Below, one piece after another: positions 48,424-58,218 of a DNA stretch of 64,000 nucleotides. Each line of letters begins with the position of its first letter. Position 1 is the stretch's first letter. Under the pieces are notes generated by a model. The model was not told where the DNA came from. It did no database searches and was given only the letters and a program-made list of their open reading frames with translations. A program made the position numbers and the translations under genes. The DNA comes from Chlamydia trachomatis. Its GTDB lineage: Bacteria; Chlamydiota; Chlamydiia; Chlamydiales; 2-12-FULL-49-11. Location: contig CAMAXK010000006.1 of NCBI GenBank assembly GCA_945862365.1, positions 5,146 to 69,145 on the forward strand, in the 5' to 3' direction.

Positions 48424-51400
48424 ATGAGAAGATTTTTGTCAGCAATTTTCCTTATTTGTGTTCATCTTTTTTCTTCAGAAGTTGTCAATCATGTAAATGT
48501 AATTACAGGAAAATTGCAGCTTTGTTTTGAAGACAATCAGATTAATGGTGGAATCCCTCTTTCGGTCTATCGAAGTTACAATTCAGGTCATCAAACCAAA
48601 GCCTCTCATGCAAAGTGGAATTTTACTGAAGGGTGGAGTTTTTTTTCTCATGCGCAGCTATATTTGGATGATGATTTTAATAGTGCTCATATAATTGAAT
48701 CAAATGGTGGGTTAATAAGCTATATGGCTGAAAAATCAACAAAGACGATCATTTATATGAAACCTGATATTTCAAACGATCGAAAATCACTTGCGATGAA
48801 CTATCGAGAAAATCCCCTTAATAATCGGTTAGAAATTCATTCAAAATCGGGTATGGCTTATCTATACTTAGCAGATGGTGGAGTTCGAATCTATAAAAAA
48901 AGTAAAAAGGTAAAAAGAGGGATCGGCCGGCTTTTTAAGCTTTATAAGGGTATTGGTTCAGAATATCTTTTATCTGAAGAGACAACTTCATCTGGTCATA
49001 AAATTACATTTACGTATAGTGAAGATGGGAAAAAGGCAACTGTTTCTAATGGATTTTCCAGCGTTACCCTTCAACAAAAAAATGACTATCCGATGTTTCA
49101 AATTATTGCTTCCTGTTGTGATGGAAAAAAAATTCATTACTCAGGAAAGGCTATGAATAAGCGCTGTCATTTAATTTCCATGAGAAAAGAGGGGATGGCT
49201 CAAACATGCTTTTCTTATGTAGAGGATGAATATTCAAATAAATTGTGGGTAGAAAATATTTCCATCTCTGATCAAGAGGTCTTAAACGTTACCTATGTAT
49301 TCCCAGAGGTAAAAAATAGTCGAGGGTTAATTTCAAGAGGTCAATCTGTTCGGTTTAATGATCAAACTGTCTATAAGGTGCAGTCTATTTCTAAAAATGG
49401 AGAGAAGTTATGTGACTTTTTCTATGTGAACAAAGTTACTACAGTTCGAGATTGTCACGGTATTGATACAAAGTATCATTTTAGTGGAGGGGCTCTTGAA
49501 AAAATTCAATATCCAGATGGCTCTATTGAAGAATTCTTCTGGCAAGATGGAAATCTAATAAAAAAAACCTATTGCGATAAAGAAGGGACCCTCCTTTTTT
49601 CAAAAACCTTTGCCTATGATAAGTTTAAAAACGTCATTTGCGAGACAATCACTGGTGATCAAAGCTACTCAAAATGGTACACTTATAATAGTGCGCATTT
49701 ATGTATAGAGGAAAGGGAAGAAAGTGGCCTCACTTTTCAATATGAATATCTAAAAAATACCGATTTAATCACTTGTAAAAGAACATTAAACGTTGATTCT
49801 TTATTATTAGAGGAGCGTACCCTCTATGATGAAAACCACCTTGTAAAAGAAAAAATTTCTTCCGATGGTTTTTTGGATACTAAAACTGTTTATACAACAG
49901 ATCCTAATACAGGACTTGTTACCAAAATAGATAACGGACAAGACACCATTTTTTATGAATATAATGATGCTCGTCAATTGGTCAAAGAAAGTACAACCAA
50001 TAGAGAAACCACTACCACCTATGATGGTTTAGGAAGAATTCTTTCTAAAACTCATCCTCTTGGGGGAAAGGAAGAATATGTTTATGATGAGTGGGGAAAT
50101 CCAATACAAATAAAAATGATTGGATCGCCAAAAAAAACAATTACCTATGATAAATGTCACAGACCCATTTCTTGTGAAGTGGACGGAAGGGTTAGCTATA
50201 GTAAATATGATCTGAAAGGAAATTTAATAGAGGAGGTGGATTATAAAGGCGCCTCTACTAAATATGTTTATGATTGTTTTGGAAGGTGCATCAAAAAATC
50301 ACTTCCACTAGAGATTGAGACGTTATATGAATATGATGGGTTTGGCAATGTAGTAAAAGAAACTTCACCTAACGGACATATTACAAAAACTTCCTATAAT
50401 ATATTTCACAAGCCTACGTATATTCTTTTTGCCGATGGCTCGGAAGTTTTTCATCGCTATAGCGCAAATGGAAATTTAATAGAGACGACTCTTCAAGATG
50501 GTTCGAAGATCACATACGCCTATGATCTACTCAAAAGGCTTATTTCGAAAAAGGAAGAGGATTTAGAGGAAGTATATGAATATCAAGGAGTGCTATTAAA
50601 GAAAGTGATTAGCTCTAATGGGCTTATCACTAATTATGAACATGATTCATTTGGTAGAAAAATTTCTGAGGATGTGGGTGGAAGGAAGAAAGAGTTTTTT
50701 TATGACGAGATGAACCTTATCTATAAAACTCAGCAAGAAGATGTCACTACCATCGAGTTGCACGATATCGAAGTGCGCGTGATTACAACGCATACAAATG
50801 ATAAGGGGATCATTCATTATAAATACAATAATGAGGGGAAAAAATCCAAATCTACTAAAATCACCTCGTGCGGAAAAGCAGAAGATCGATTTGCCTATGA
50901 TTTTGAAGGGCGCTTGATTTCTCATATTGATCCTTTAGATCAAAAGACTCTATTTCTTTATGAAGATTATACTCGTACTGAAGTTGACCCCTTAGGACAT
51001 CAAACAGTAGAATATTTTGATCCACTTTCAAGGGTCATTGAAACACAAAAGCTGGATGAATCAGGTAATCTTCTTTTTTCAGAAACCTTTAGCTATGATA
51101 AGGAGGGAAATCTTGCTAGACGATTTACTAATGAACATAATATCGATGTCACTTACCGCTATGACTGCATGAATCGTCTTATAGAAGAAGTTGAATCGGG
51201 GAAGAAAACCACCTATTATAAGTATGATTGTAAAGGACGTCTTGTACAAAAGACTCTGCCAAATGGGGTGGAAATTTCTACTTGGTATAACGGCCTTGAT
51301 CAAATCACAGGGGTGAAAAGCTCCGATGGTACGATCCATTATGAATATATTTATGATGGTAGGGATCTTATAGAAGTGATCGATCATATTCTAAATGCTT

Positions 51401-53439
51401 CATTAAATCGCTCTTATACAATATTTGGAGAAGTGGCTGAGGAGACAAATTTTTTAGGATTTAAGACATTTTGGAACTATGATCGGTTAGGTAGAGTAAA
51501 GCAGATGATATTACCAGATAATAGCCTTATTGAATATGAATATGATGAAAGCTATATGACCTCAGTGTCTTATTATTCATCTGATCGATCTACTCAATTT
51601 TCCCATAGTTATACAGAATTTGATCCAAACGGCCATGTGGAGACAGAGCAACTTCCCTTTCATTTAGGTGCGGTAAAAAGCTGTCGAGATATTTTAGAAA
51701 GACCTTATAAGATGAGCTCCCCTTTTCATCATATTGAACTCACCTTTGGACCTACTAGCCTTGTGACAAATAAAATAGACTCACTAACGGGGGATAGAGA
51801 TTATCTTTATGATCCTTTGGATCAACTCATCAAAGAAGGGGAAAAGAGCTATAGCTTTGACTCGTTAGGCAATCCAACTGATTGCAAAATTAATGATCTG
51901 AACCAAATTGTTTCAAGTGTCAACGAAGACTTTAATTATGATGCAAACGGCAATTTAACCCAAAGAAATGAAACAAGCTATACTTTTGATGCTTTTGGTC
52001 GCTTAAAAACCATTGTCACCCCTGAAAAAACGGTTTGCTATACCTACGATCCATTTTCAAGAATTTTTTCAAAGCAAACAAACGATGAGGAGCTGATCTT
52101 CCTGTACGATAATGATTTTGAAATTGGTAGAATGGATAGTGCTGGAAAGATTTTTGAATTAAAAGTGCTCGGTCTTGGGGTAAAAGCAGATGCGGGAGCA
52201 TCCGTTGCACTTTATCTTCAAGGAAAATGGTATGTGCCGCTTCATGATGTGCAAGGAAATATCATCGCTCTTGTAGATGAAAGGGGTGTTTTACAGGAGA
52301 AATATCCTTGTAATGCTTTTGGAGAAGAAGAGTCGGGAACGTTTATCAACCCATGGAGATTTGCTTCCAAGCGGATGGATGAAGGACTTTTGATCTTTCG
52401 TTATCGCTTTTACGATCCGGCACTAAAACGATGGATTACCCCTGACCCGCTGGGGTTTGTCGACGGTAGAAATCTCTATCGTTACGTCTTAAATAGCCCA
52501 CTTAATCGGCTAGATCAGTTTGGTTTGGAGGTTGAATGGATTTTTTCCACCTCGTATCAAGGGATGAGATATAATCAATTTAACTCTGATAATATCTGCT
52601 TTAATTTTCATAGTAATTTTCCAACAAATATAAGTGGTTACAATGCCCCAGTGGTGTTTGCTGGACCTGCTACTTTTTCAGGGATTAACGTGGATATGAT
52701 GCTGATTTGCTCAAGACCAAATTATATTCAGTTAACCGCAAATGAAATTGAAAACCGTGAGTTTAACCTCTTTCCTAAACTTTCCAGTATCATGAGTGCA
52801 AGAGATGATCAAATTGGATTGTTGATTTATATGAACGGAATTAATACAACAAAAGAACAATTCTATTCTACGATGCGGTCGCTAGCAGGTATTGCTCCCC
52901 AAGGGTTTCCTATACTTGGTATTTACAACCCTACCAAAGGGGTATTAAGCGATGCAAGAAGGGTTTTTAACGAAAGAAATGATTGTAAAACTTCGAATGT
53001 GTCTACGTTTACTACCATCTTTACAGAGTTACTCGACTTCATTGAAAAAGAAAACATAGGATCCAAAGGAATGCTTATGCCCTACAGCGGATCTGGAGCA
53101 ACCTTTTGCTCTACCTACAATAATATGAGTCCGGAAGATCAAGGTAGAATGAGAAAGCATTTTATCTTAAAAACAGTAGCTTCGGCAAAACCCATGTCCA
53201 AAGATTTTGGACCTGAAACAGATAACGTCTATTCTAAGGGAGATTACACTACGGGGTGGTTTTCAAATGAAACAAATGGGAATGCGGTAAGAATGATCGA
53301 TGTAAAAATTAGAAAAAATGAATTATACTATATATTCAAAGAACATGCTATTTTAGGCCCAACGTATTTAAATGATATTAAAGAAATGTTTGATGATTTA
53401 CATGATAAAGGAAGGTTACATGTGGGTGAAAATAGGTAG
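48424..53439 (+). CDS. Rhs/YD-repeat protein 2 with signal peptide and hydrolase-like C-terminal domain (52528-53439)
   Basis: Paralog of Rhs1; core RWITPDPLG..NLYRYVLNSPLNRLDQFGL; C-terminal domain with MNGINT, YSGSG, SKGD, EHAILGPTY. Confidence 0.92.
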   Translation: MRRFLSAIFLICVHLFSSEVVNHVNVITGKLQLCFEDNQINGGIPLSVYRSYNSGHQTKASHAKWNFTEGWSFFSHAQLYLDDDFNSAHIIESNGGLISYMAEKSTKTIIYMKPDISNDRKSLAMNYRENPLNNRLEIHSKSGMAYLYLADGGVRIYKKSKKVKRGIGRLFKLYKGIGSEYLLSEETTSSGHKITFTYSEDGKKATVSNGFSSVTLQQKNDYPMFQIIASCCDGKKIHYSGKAMNKRCHLISMRKEGMAQTCFSYVEDEYSNKLWVENISISDQEVLNVTYVFPEVKNSRGLISRGQSVRFNDQTVYKVQSISKNGEKLCDFFYVNKVTTVRDCHGIDTKYHFSGGALEKIQYPDGSIEEFFWQDGNLIKKTYCDKEGTLLFSKTFAYDKFKNVICETITGDQSYSKWYTYNSAHLCIEEREESGLTFQYEYLKNTDLITCKRTLNVDSLLLEERTLYDENHLVKEKISSDGFLDTKTVYTTDPNTGLVTKIDNGQDTIFYEYNDARQLVKESTTNRETTTTYDGLGRILSKTHPLGGKEEYVYDEWGNPIQIKMIGSPKKTITYDKCHRPISCEVDGRVSYSKYDLKGNLIEEVDYKGASTKYVYDCFGRCIKKSLPLEIETLYEYDGFGNVVKETSPNGHITKTSYNIFHKPTYILFADGSEVFHRYSANGNLIETTLQDGSKITYAYDLLKRLISKKEEDLEEVYEYQGVLLKKVISSNGLITNYEHDSFGRKISEDVGGRKKEFFYDEMNLIYKTQQEDVTTIELHDIEVRVITTHTNDKGIIHYKYNNEGKKSKSTKITSCGKAEDRFAYDFEGRLISHIDPLDQKTLFLYEDYTRTEVDPLGHQTVEYFDPLSRVIETQKLDESGNLLFSETFSYDKEGNLARRFTNEHNIDVTYRYDCMNRLIEEVESGKKTTYYKYDCKGRLVQKTLPNGVEISTWYNGLDQITGVKSSDGTIHYEYIYDGRDLIEVIDHILNASLNRSYTIFGEVAEETNFLGFKTFWNYDRLGRVKQMILPDNSLIEYEYDESYMTSVSYYSSDRSTQFSHSYTEFDPNGHVETEQLPFHLGAVKSCRDILERPYKMSSPFHHIELTFGPTSLVTNKIDSLTGDRDYLYDPLDQLIKEGEKSYSFDSLGNPTDCKINDLNQIVSSVNEDFNYDANGNLTQRNETSYTFDAFGRLKTIVTPEKTVCYTYDPFSRIFSKQTNDEELIFLYDNDFEIGRMDSAGKIFELKVLGLGVKADAGASVALYLQGKWYVPLHDVQGNIIALVDERGVLQEKYPCNAFGEEESGTFINPWRFASKRMDEGLLIFRYRFYDPALKRWITPDPLGFVDGRNLYRYVLNSPLNRLDQFGLEVEWIFSTSYQGMRYNQFNSDNICFNFHSNFPTNISGYNAPVVFAGPATFSGINVDMMLICSRPNYIQLTANEIENREFNLFPKLSSIMSARDDQIGLLIYMNGINTTKEQFYSTMRSLAGIAPQGFPILGIYNPTKGVLSDARRVFNERNDCKTSNVSTFTTIFTELLDFIEKENIGSKGMLMPYSGSGATFCSTYNNMSPEDQGRMRKHFILKTVASAKPMSKDFGPETDNVYSKGDYTTGWFSNETNGNAVRMIDVKIRKNELYYIFKEHAILGPTYLNDIKEMFDDLHDKGRLHVGENR

Positions 53440-54541
53440 GTTGCTTCTATTTAGCTGCTTTATATTTGGAGAGGAAAAAGGGATCGATAGTCCAAAAATC
53501 ATTACCCCAGAGTGGGAAGAGCGAGTGTTTGGAGTGAAGCAAGGAATACAAAGTGTAACAGGCTCTTTACATGAAATGATCGATGGGTTAATTTCCGAGC
53601 ATTTTGGAGCAGATTTTTTTGCAAGGGTAGAGGATGCTGTTCAAAAGCAACCTACTGGAGAAGGGGTGTATACTGAGTATTGGCCTAATGGAATAAAGCG
53701 AGCACACATCCCTTTTAAAAATGGTAAAGCTCATGGTCATGTTCATGGCTATCATGATAATGGAAGAGATGCGTTTAAAGGTTTTTTTAATGAAGGCGTA
53801 AAACAAGGGGTGCATATTACATTTTTCTGGACAAAAGTTGGCGAAATTACAAAAGAAGCGCATGTTCTTTGGTTTAATGAAAAAGGGGAGTTTGATAGAA
53901 ACCAATATACTCATCGTAAAACGGGGGGAATATTCCTTGCTACTGTATATAAAAATGGAAAGCTTAATGGCCCATTAGAATCTTGGCCTGTCAAGGGTAA
54001 GCAACTTCTTAATGCAGACTATAAAGATGGGGTTCTCCAAAAAGACCCACCACCTCCTCCAGCTAAAAGGGTAAGACTTGGAGAGTCTGTTCTTGTAAAA
54101 TCTCTAAATGAAATTTGCACAAATTGTGCAAAATGGGCTTACGAAAAATATAAATTACAACTCTATAATGTAGAGGCATCGAAAATAGATGATGTAGAAG
54201 AGGTTGGGATTGAATTTGTATTTGTAGGGAAGGTAACTATCGATCAAGCTCGAGAAATGTTTATCGAATGTAATGAAAAACTCACTCAAATGGTCAATGA
54301 ACATGAAAAAATCCGCCCCTATCTACGCGACTTTCCATTTTCTAGAAAACGAGTTGAAGTATATATCGGGTTTTGTAATAAATATAGGATAGATAATGCT
54401 GATGGAAGCATATCACGAATATTGCTTGGAATAGATGATAAAATTTTTTATAGAGCTAAAAAATCCCCTACTTCATCAAGTGAGGTTATTATAAAGGAAC
54501 CATACGAGGAAGCGTTAAAGATTGTGAGATCGAAAAAATAG
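53420..54541 (+). CDS. Exported MORN-repeat candidate immunity protein 2a
   Basis: ATG 53420 aligns with the start of paralog 2b and overlaps the Rhs2 end; MORN repeats, PPPPPA linker, HEKIRPYLRDFPF. Confidence 0.8.
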   Translation: MWVKIGRLLLFSCFIFGEEKGIDSPKIITPEWEERVFGVKQGIQSVTGSLHEMIDGLISEHFGADFFARVEDAVQKQPTGEGVYTEYWPNGIKRAHIPFKNGKAHGHVHGYHDNGRDAFKGFFNEGVKQGVHITFFWTKVGEITKEAHVLWFNEKGEFDRNQYTHRKTGGIFLATVYKNGKLNGPLESWPVKGKQLLNADYKDGVLQKDPPPPPAKRVRLGESVLVKSLNEICTNCAKWAYEKYKLQLYNVEASKIDDVEEVGIEFVFVGKVTIDQAREMFIECNEKLTQMVNEHEKIRPYLRDFPFSRKRVEVYIGFCNKYRIDNADGSISRILLGIDDKIFYRAKKSPTSSSEVIIKEPYEEALKIVRSKK

Positions 54542-54548
54542 GTATTCT

Positions 54549-55682
54549 ATGCTGACTCAGATAACCAGGTTGCTTTTATTTAGCTGCTTTATTTTTGGGG
54601 AGGAAAAAGTGATCGATAGTCCAAAAATCATTACCCCAGAATGGGAAGAACAGGTGTTTGGAGTAAAACAAGGGGTACAGAATTTAACAGGCTCTTTGCA
54701 TGAAATGATCGATGGGTTAATTTCCGAGCATTTTGGAGCAGATTTTTTTGCAAGGGTAGAAGATGCTGTTCAAAAGCAACCTACAGGAGAAGGGGTGTAT
54801 ACTGAGTATTGGCCTAATGGAATAAAGCGAGCACACATCCCTTTTAAAAATGGTAAAGCCCATGGTCATGTTCATGGCTTCCATGATAATGGAAGAGATG
54901 CATTTAAGGGGTTTTTTAATGAGGGTGTAAAACAAGGGATACATATTACATTTTTTTGGACAAAGGTTGGCGAAATTACAAAAGAAGCGCATGTTCTTTG
55001 GTTTAATGAAAAGGGGGAATTTGATAGAAAGCAATATACTTATCATACAACTGGTGGATTATTCCTTGCTACTGTATATAAAAATGGGAAGCTTAATGGT
55101 GCATTAGAATCTTGGACTGTCGAGCGTAAGCAACTTCTTCATGCAGACTATAAAGATGGGGTTCTCCAAAAAGACCCACCACCTCCTCCAGCTAAAAGGG
55201 TAAGACTTGGAGAGTCTGTTCTTGTACAATCTCTAAATGAAATTTATAAAAATTGTTCAAAATGGGCTCATGCAAAATATAAATTACAACCCTACAATGT
55301 AGGGTCATCGATGGTAGATGATGTCGAAAGAGTTAAGATCGGATTTACTTTTGTAGGGAAGGTAACTATCGATCAGGCTCGAGAGATGTTTATCGAATGT
55401 AATGAAAAATTCGTTCAAATGGTCAATGAACATGAAAAAATACGTCCGTATTTGCGTGATTATCCATTTTCGAGAGCAAGAGCAAAAGTTAATATCTATT
55501 TCTCCGATAAGTATGGTAAAAATATTACAGATGGAAGTACAGCAAGTATCTTACTTGGAAAAGACGACATTATTTTTTATGACTCACATGCGCCAAATGC
55601 TAACCAGTATTCAGATTTATATCAGGAGCCTTACGAAGAAGCTTTAAAGATTGTGAGATCGAAAAAATGCGTATCCAACTAA
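54549..55682 (+). CDS. Exported MORN-repeat candidate immunity protein 2b (tandem paralog)
   Basis: Near-identical N-terminal two-thirds to 2a, divergent C-terminal domain. Confidence 0.8.
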   Translation: MLTQITRLLLFSCFIFGEEKVIDSPKIITPEWEEQVFGVKQGVQNLTGSLHEMIDGLISEHFGADFFARVEDAVQKQPTGEGVYTEYWPNGIKRAHIPFKNGKAHGHVHGFHDNGRDAFKGFFNEGVKQGIHITFFWTKVGEITKEAHVLWFNEKGEFDRKQYTYHTTGGLFLATVYKNGKLNGALESWTVERKQLLHADYKDGVLQKDPPPPPAKRVRLGESVLVQSLNEIYKNCSKWAHAKYKLQPYNVGSSMVDDVERVKIGFTFVGKVTIDQAREMFIECNEKFVQMVNEHEKIRPYLRDYPFSRARAKVNIYFSDKYGKNITDGSTASILLGKDDIIFYDSHAPNANQYSDLYQEPYEEALKIVRSKKCVSN

Positions 55683-55727
55683 GTTATTCATTTTACACAA
55701 GGTAAATTTAAAAAATATATTCACACC

Positions 55728-55767
55728 TGATCTCTGAGTTCTTTAGTGAGCTCAAAGACCGGGTGGT
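55728..55767 (+). repeat. Right-half remnant of the palindromic element
   Basis: tgatctctgagttctttagtgagctcaaagaccgggtggt resembles 971-1010 (tgatctctgtgatctctagtgagcaaagcgagcgggtggt). Confidence 0.7.
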
Positions 55768-55844
55768 CTAATATCTGTAGATATCGGTTTGAGTTAATCA
55801 AAGTGAATTTCGAAAGAAGTTTATTGCTTAAGATAAATTATTAA

Positions 55845-57107
55845 CTACTTATTTTTTAGATTATCGTCATTTAGGGATCCATGAATGATACGAGCGGCTC
55901 TTGCACCAGTTATGTGGTGAAGTACCCACTCAAACATCACAGATAATCGATTGCGAAAACCTATCAAAAAGGCTACGTGAACAAATACCCAAACGATCCA
56001 TGCGCTAAGTCCTTTAAAGTTAAAACCTCTTACAGATGCAATCGCTTTTCCTGTTCCGATGGTGGCTAGGCTTCCTTTATCAAAGTAGGAGAAAGGACGA
56101 GATTTTTTAGGTAGTTTGTTTAAAAGCTTTGCAACGTAGCGCCCTTGTTGAATCGCAACTGTGGCAACTCCAGGTAGGGGCACCCCTTTTTTATTTTTGT
56201 AGTGAGCGCAATCTCCTATTACAAAGATATTAGGGCTATCTGGAATGGATAGATGTTCTCCCACAATTACTCGTCCAGAGCGATCACGCTCTGTATCAAG
56301 GGACGCAAGCATTGAAGAGACACTATTTCCTGCAGCCCAAATAATATTGTTAGATTCGATAAATTTATCGTGCATTTGTACGCCAAACTCATTAATCTCA
56401 GTTACAATAGTTTTTGTAAGGACTTTAACCCCCATTTTTTCTAATGTCTTTCTAGTATAGGCAGATAATTTTTCTGGAAAAGGGGGCAATACTCTTTCTG
56501 TACCTTCGATAAGGTAAATATTGGCTTTTTTAGGGTCAATATGTCTGAAATTTCGCTTGAGCGTTGTTTTGATCAGCTCTGCTATCGTTCCGGCAAATTC
56601 CACACCTGTTGGACCTGCCCCAACGATGACAAAATTTAGATATCTTTGCCTTTGTGTTGTATGTTGCTCTCTTTCAGCACGTTCAAATGAACAAAGTATA
56701 TGATTTCTAATAACAAGGGCATCTTTAAGGGTTTTAATACCAGGGGCATATTTCTCCCAATGATCATTACCAAAATAAGAATGCATGGCGCCGATTGCAA
56801 CAACTAAGTAGTCAAACTGTAGAATATCCCCATTTTCTAGTGTGATCGTTTTATTCTTTTTATCAATACTTATCACCTCACCCATTAAAACGGTGGTGTT
56901 TTTTTGCCGAGCAAGAACCTCTCTTAAAGAGACAGAGATATCTCTAGGTGAAAGGGTTGCAGTAGCTGCTTGATAAAGAAGTGGTTGAAATAAATGATGG
57001 TTCTTTTTATCGATGATGGTGATCTCTAAGTCTGCTTTTTTTAGACCCTTACATACATTAATTCCAGCGAATCCTCCGCCTATAATAATGAGTTTTTTTC
57101 GTTCCAT
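55845..57107 (-). CDS. ndh: Type II NADH dehydrogenase
   Basis: IGGGFAG, HLFQPLLYQ, VGAGPTGVEFAG, WAAG, VIGD, DKGSLATIG. Confidence 0.9.
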   Translation of the reverse strand: MERKKLIIIGGGFAGINVCKGLKKADLEITIIDKKNHHLFQPLLYQAATATLSPRDISVSLREVLARQKNTTVLMGEVISIDKKNKTITLENGDILQFDYLVVAIGAMHSYFGNDHWEKYAPGIKTLKDALVIRNHILCSFERAEREQHTTQRQRYLNFVIVGAGPTGVEFAGTIAELIKTTLKRNFRHIDPKKANIYLIEGTERVLPPFPEKLSAYTRKTLEKMGVKVLTKTIVTEINEFGVQMHDKFIESNNIIWAAGNSVSSMLASLDTERDRSGRVIVGEHLSIPDSPNIFVIGDCAHYKNKKGVPLPGVATVAIQQGRYVAKLLNKLPKKSRPFSYFDKGSLATIGTGKAIASVRGFNFKGLSAWIVWVFVHVAFLIGFRNRLSVMFEWVLHHITGARAARIIHGSLNDDNLKNK

Positions 57108-57178
57108 ATTTCCCCTTAATTCTATACTTAAAAGAATAAAAAAGGTAAAGTCAAGGTCTTATTTTTAGGGGATCATCT

Positions 57179-58120
57179 ATGTTAACTATTGAAAAATTTT
57201 TTAAGGATTTTGAGAAGACATTAGCCTTACGACTACGTGCAGGAAGTTTGGGACTTACAAAATCAATTGCTTTAGATGAGATTGAACGCCCTGGCCTTGC
57301 ATTAACCGGATTTTTAAAAGGATATTCCTCTGATCGAATTTTGGTATTTGGAAGTGTGGAGATGGAATATTTAGAAACGCTTACCTCTGAGGATAGACGG
57401 CAAAGGTTATCGAGAATTTTAATGCCAGAGCTGCCAATGGTTCTTATTTCAAGAGATAAGAATGAATTTGTAGAGATGAAGGAAATTTGTGATCATCTAA
57501 ATATCCCTTTATTTGTTTCCACCTTTAGAACAGCCCATGTGATTCAAGAAGTGACCTATTATTTAAGTAGACTTTTTTCTCCTTCAGAGTCAGTTTCTGG
57601 AACCTTAGTAGAGGCTTTTGGAAAAGGGGTGCTTATTCAAGGCGATTCCTCCATTGGAAAAAGTGAAACGGCACTTGGTTTAATTGTCAGGCAGCATAGA
57701 CTTGTTTCCGATGATGTGGTGATTATTAATAAACGGGAAGGAAGTTATTTAGAAGGTGAGGGGCCATCGATTACTCGCCATGTGATGGAGATTCGTGGAA
57801 TTGGGATTATTAACGTAGCACATCTTTATGGTGCTGTCTGTGTGAGCGAAAAGGTAAACATTGATGTGGTGGTAAAGCTTGAAGCTTGGGATAATAATCA
57901 TTTTTATGATAGAGTGGGATTAGAGGAGAAAACAAAAGATATTTTAGGCATTGCTGTTCCTTATTATATCTTGCCAGTAAAACCTGGCCGTGACGCTGTT
58001 TTACTGATTGAAACCATCGTATTAAATCATAGATTGAAGAAGATGGGGGTGAATTCTGCAAAAGAATTCAATATCAAGTTGCTTGATACTATAGCAAAAA
58101 AAAGTAAACTGGTTCACTAA
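57179..58120 (+). CDS. hprK: HPr(Ser) kinase/phosphorylase
   Basis: RPGLALTGF, GDSSIGKSETAL, HRLVSDD, MEIRGIGII, PVKPGRD. Confidence 0.95.
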   Translation: MLTIEKFFKDFEKTLALRLRAGSLGLTKSIALDEIERPGLALTGFLKGYSSDRILVFGSVEMEYLETLTSEDRRQRLSRILMPELPMVLISRDKNEFVEMKEICDHLNIPLFVSTFRTAHVIQEVTYYLSRLFSPSESVSGTLVEAFGKGVLIQGDSSIGKSETALGLIVRQHRLVSDDVVIINKREGSYLEGEGPSITRHVMEIRGIGIINVAHLYGAVCVSEKVNIDVVVKLEAWDNNHFYDRVGLEEKTKDILGIAVPYYILPVKPGRDAVLLIETIVLNHRLKKMGVNSAKEFNIKLLDTIAKKSKLVH

Positions 58121-58218
58121 GTCGAAAGATACGTTATTATGGATGATAAAATAGTTGTTGATAATATTTCAAAATTTGGTATAAGATCCTACTCTTATTC
58201 AGGTGCTTTTGGTTTATT

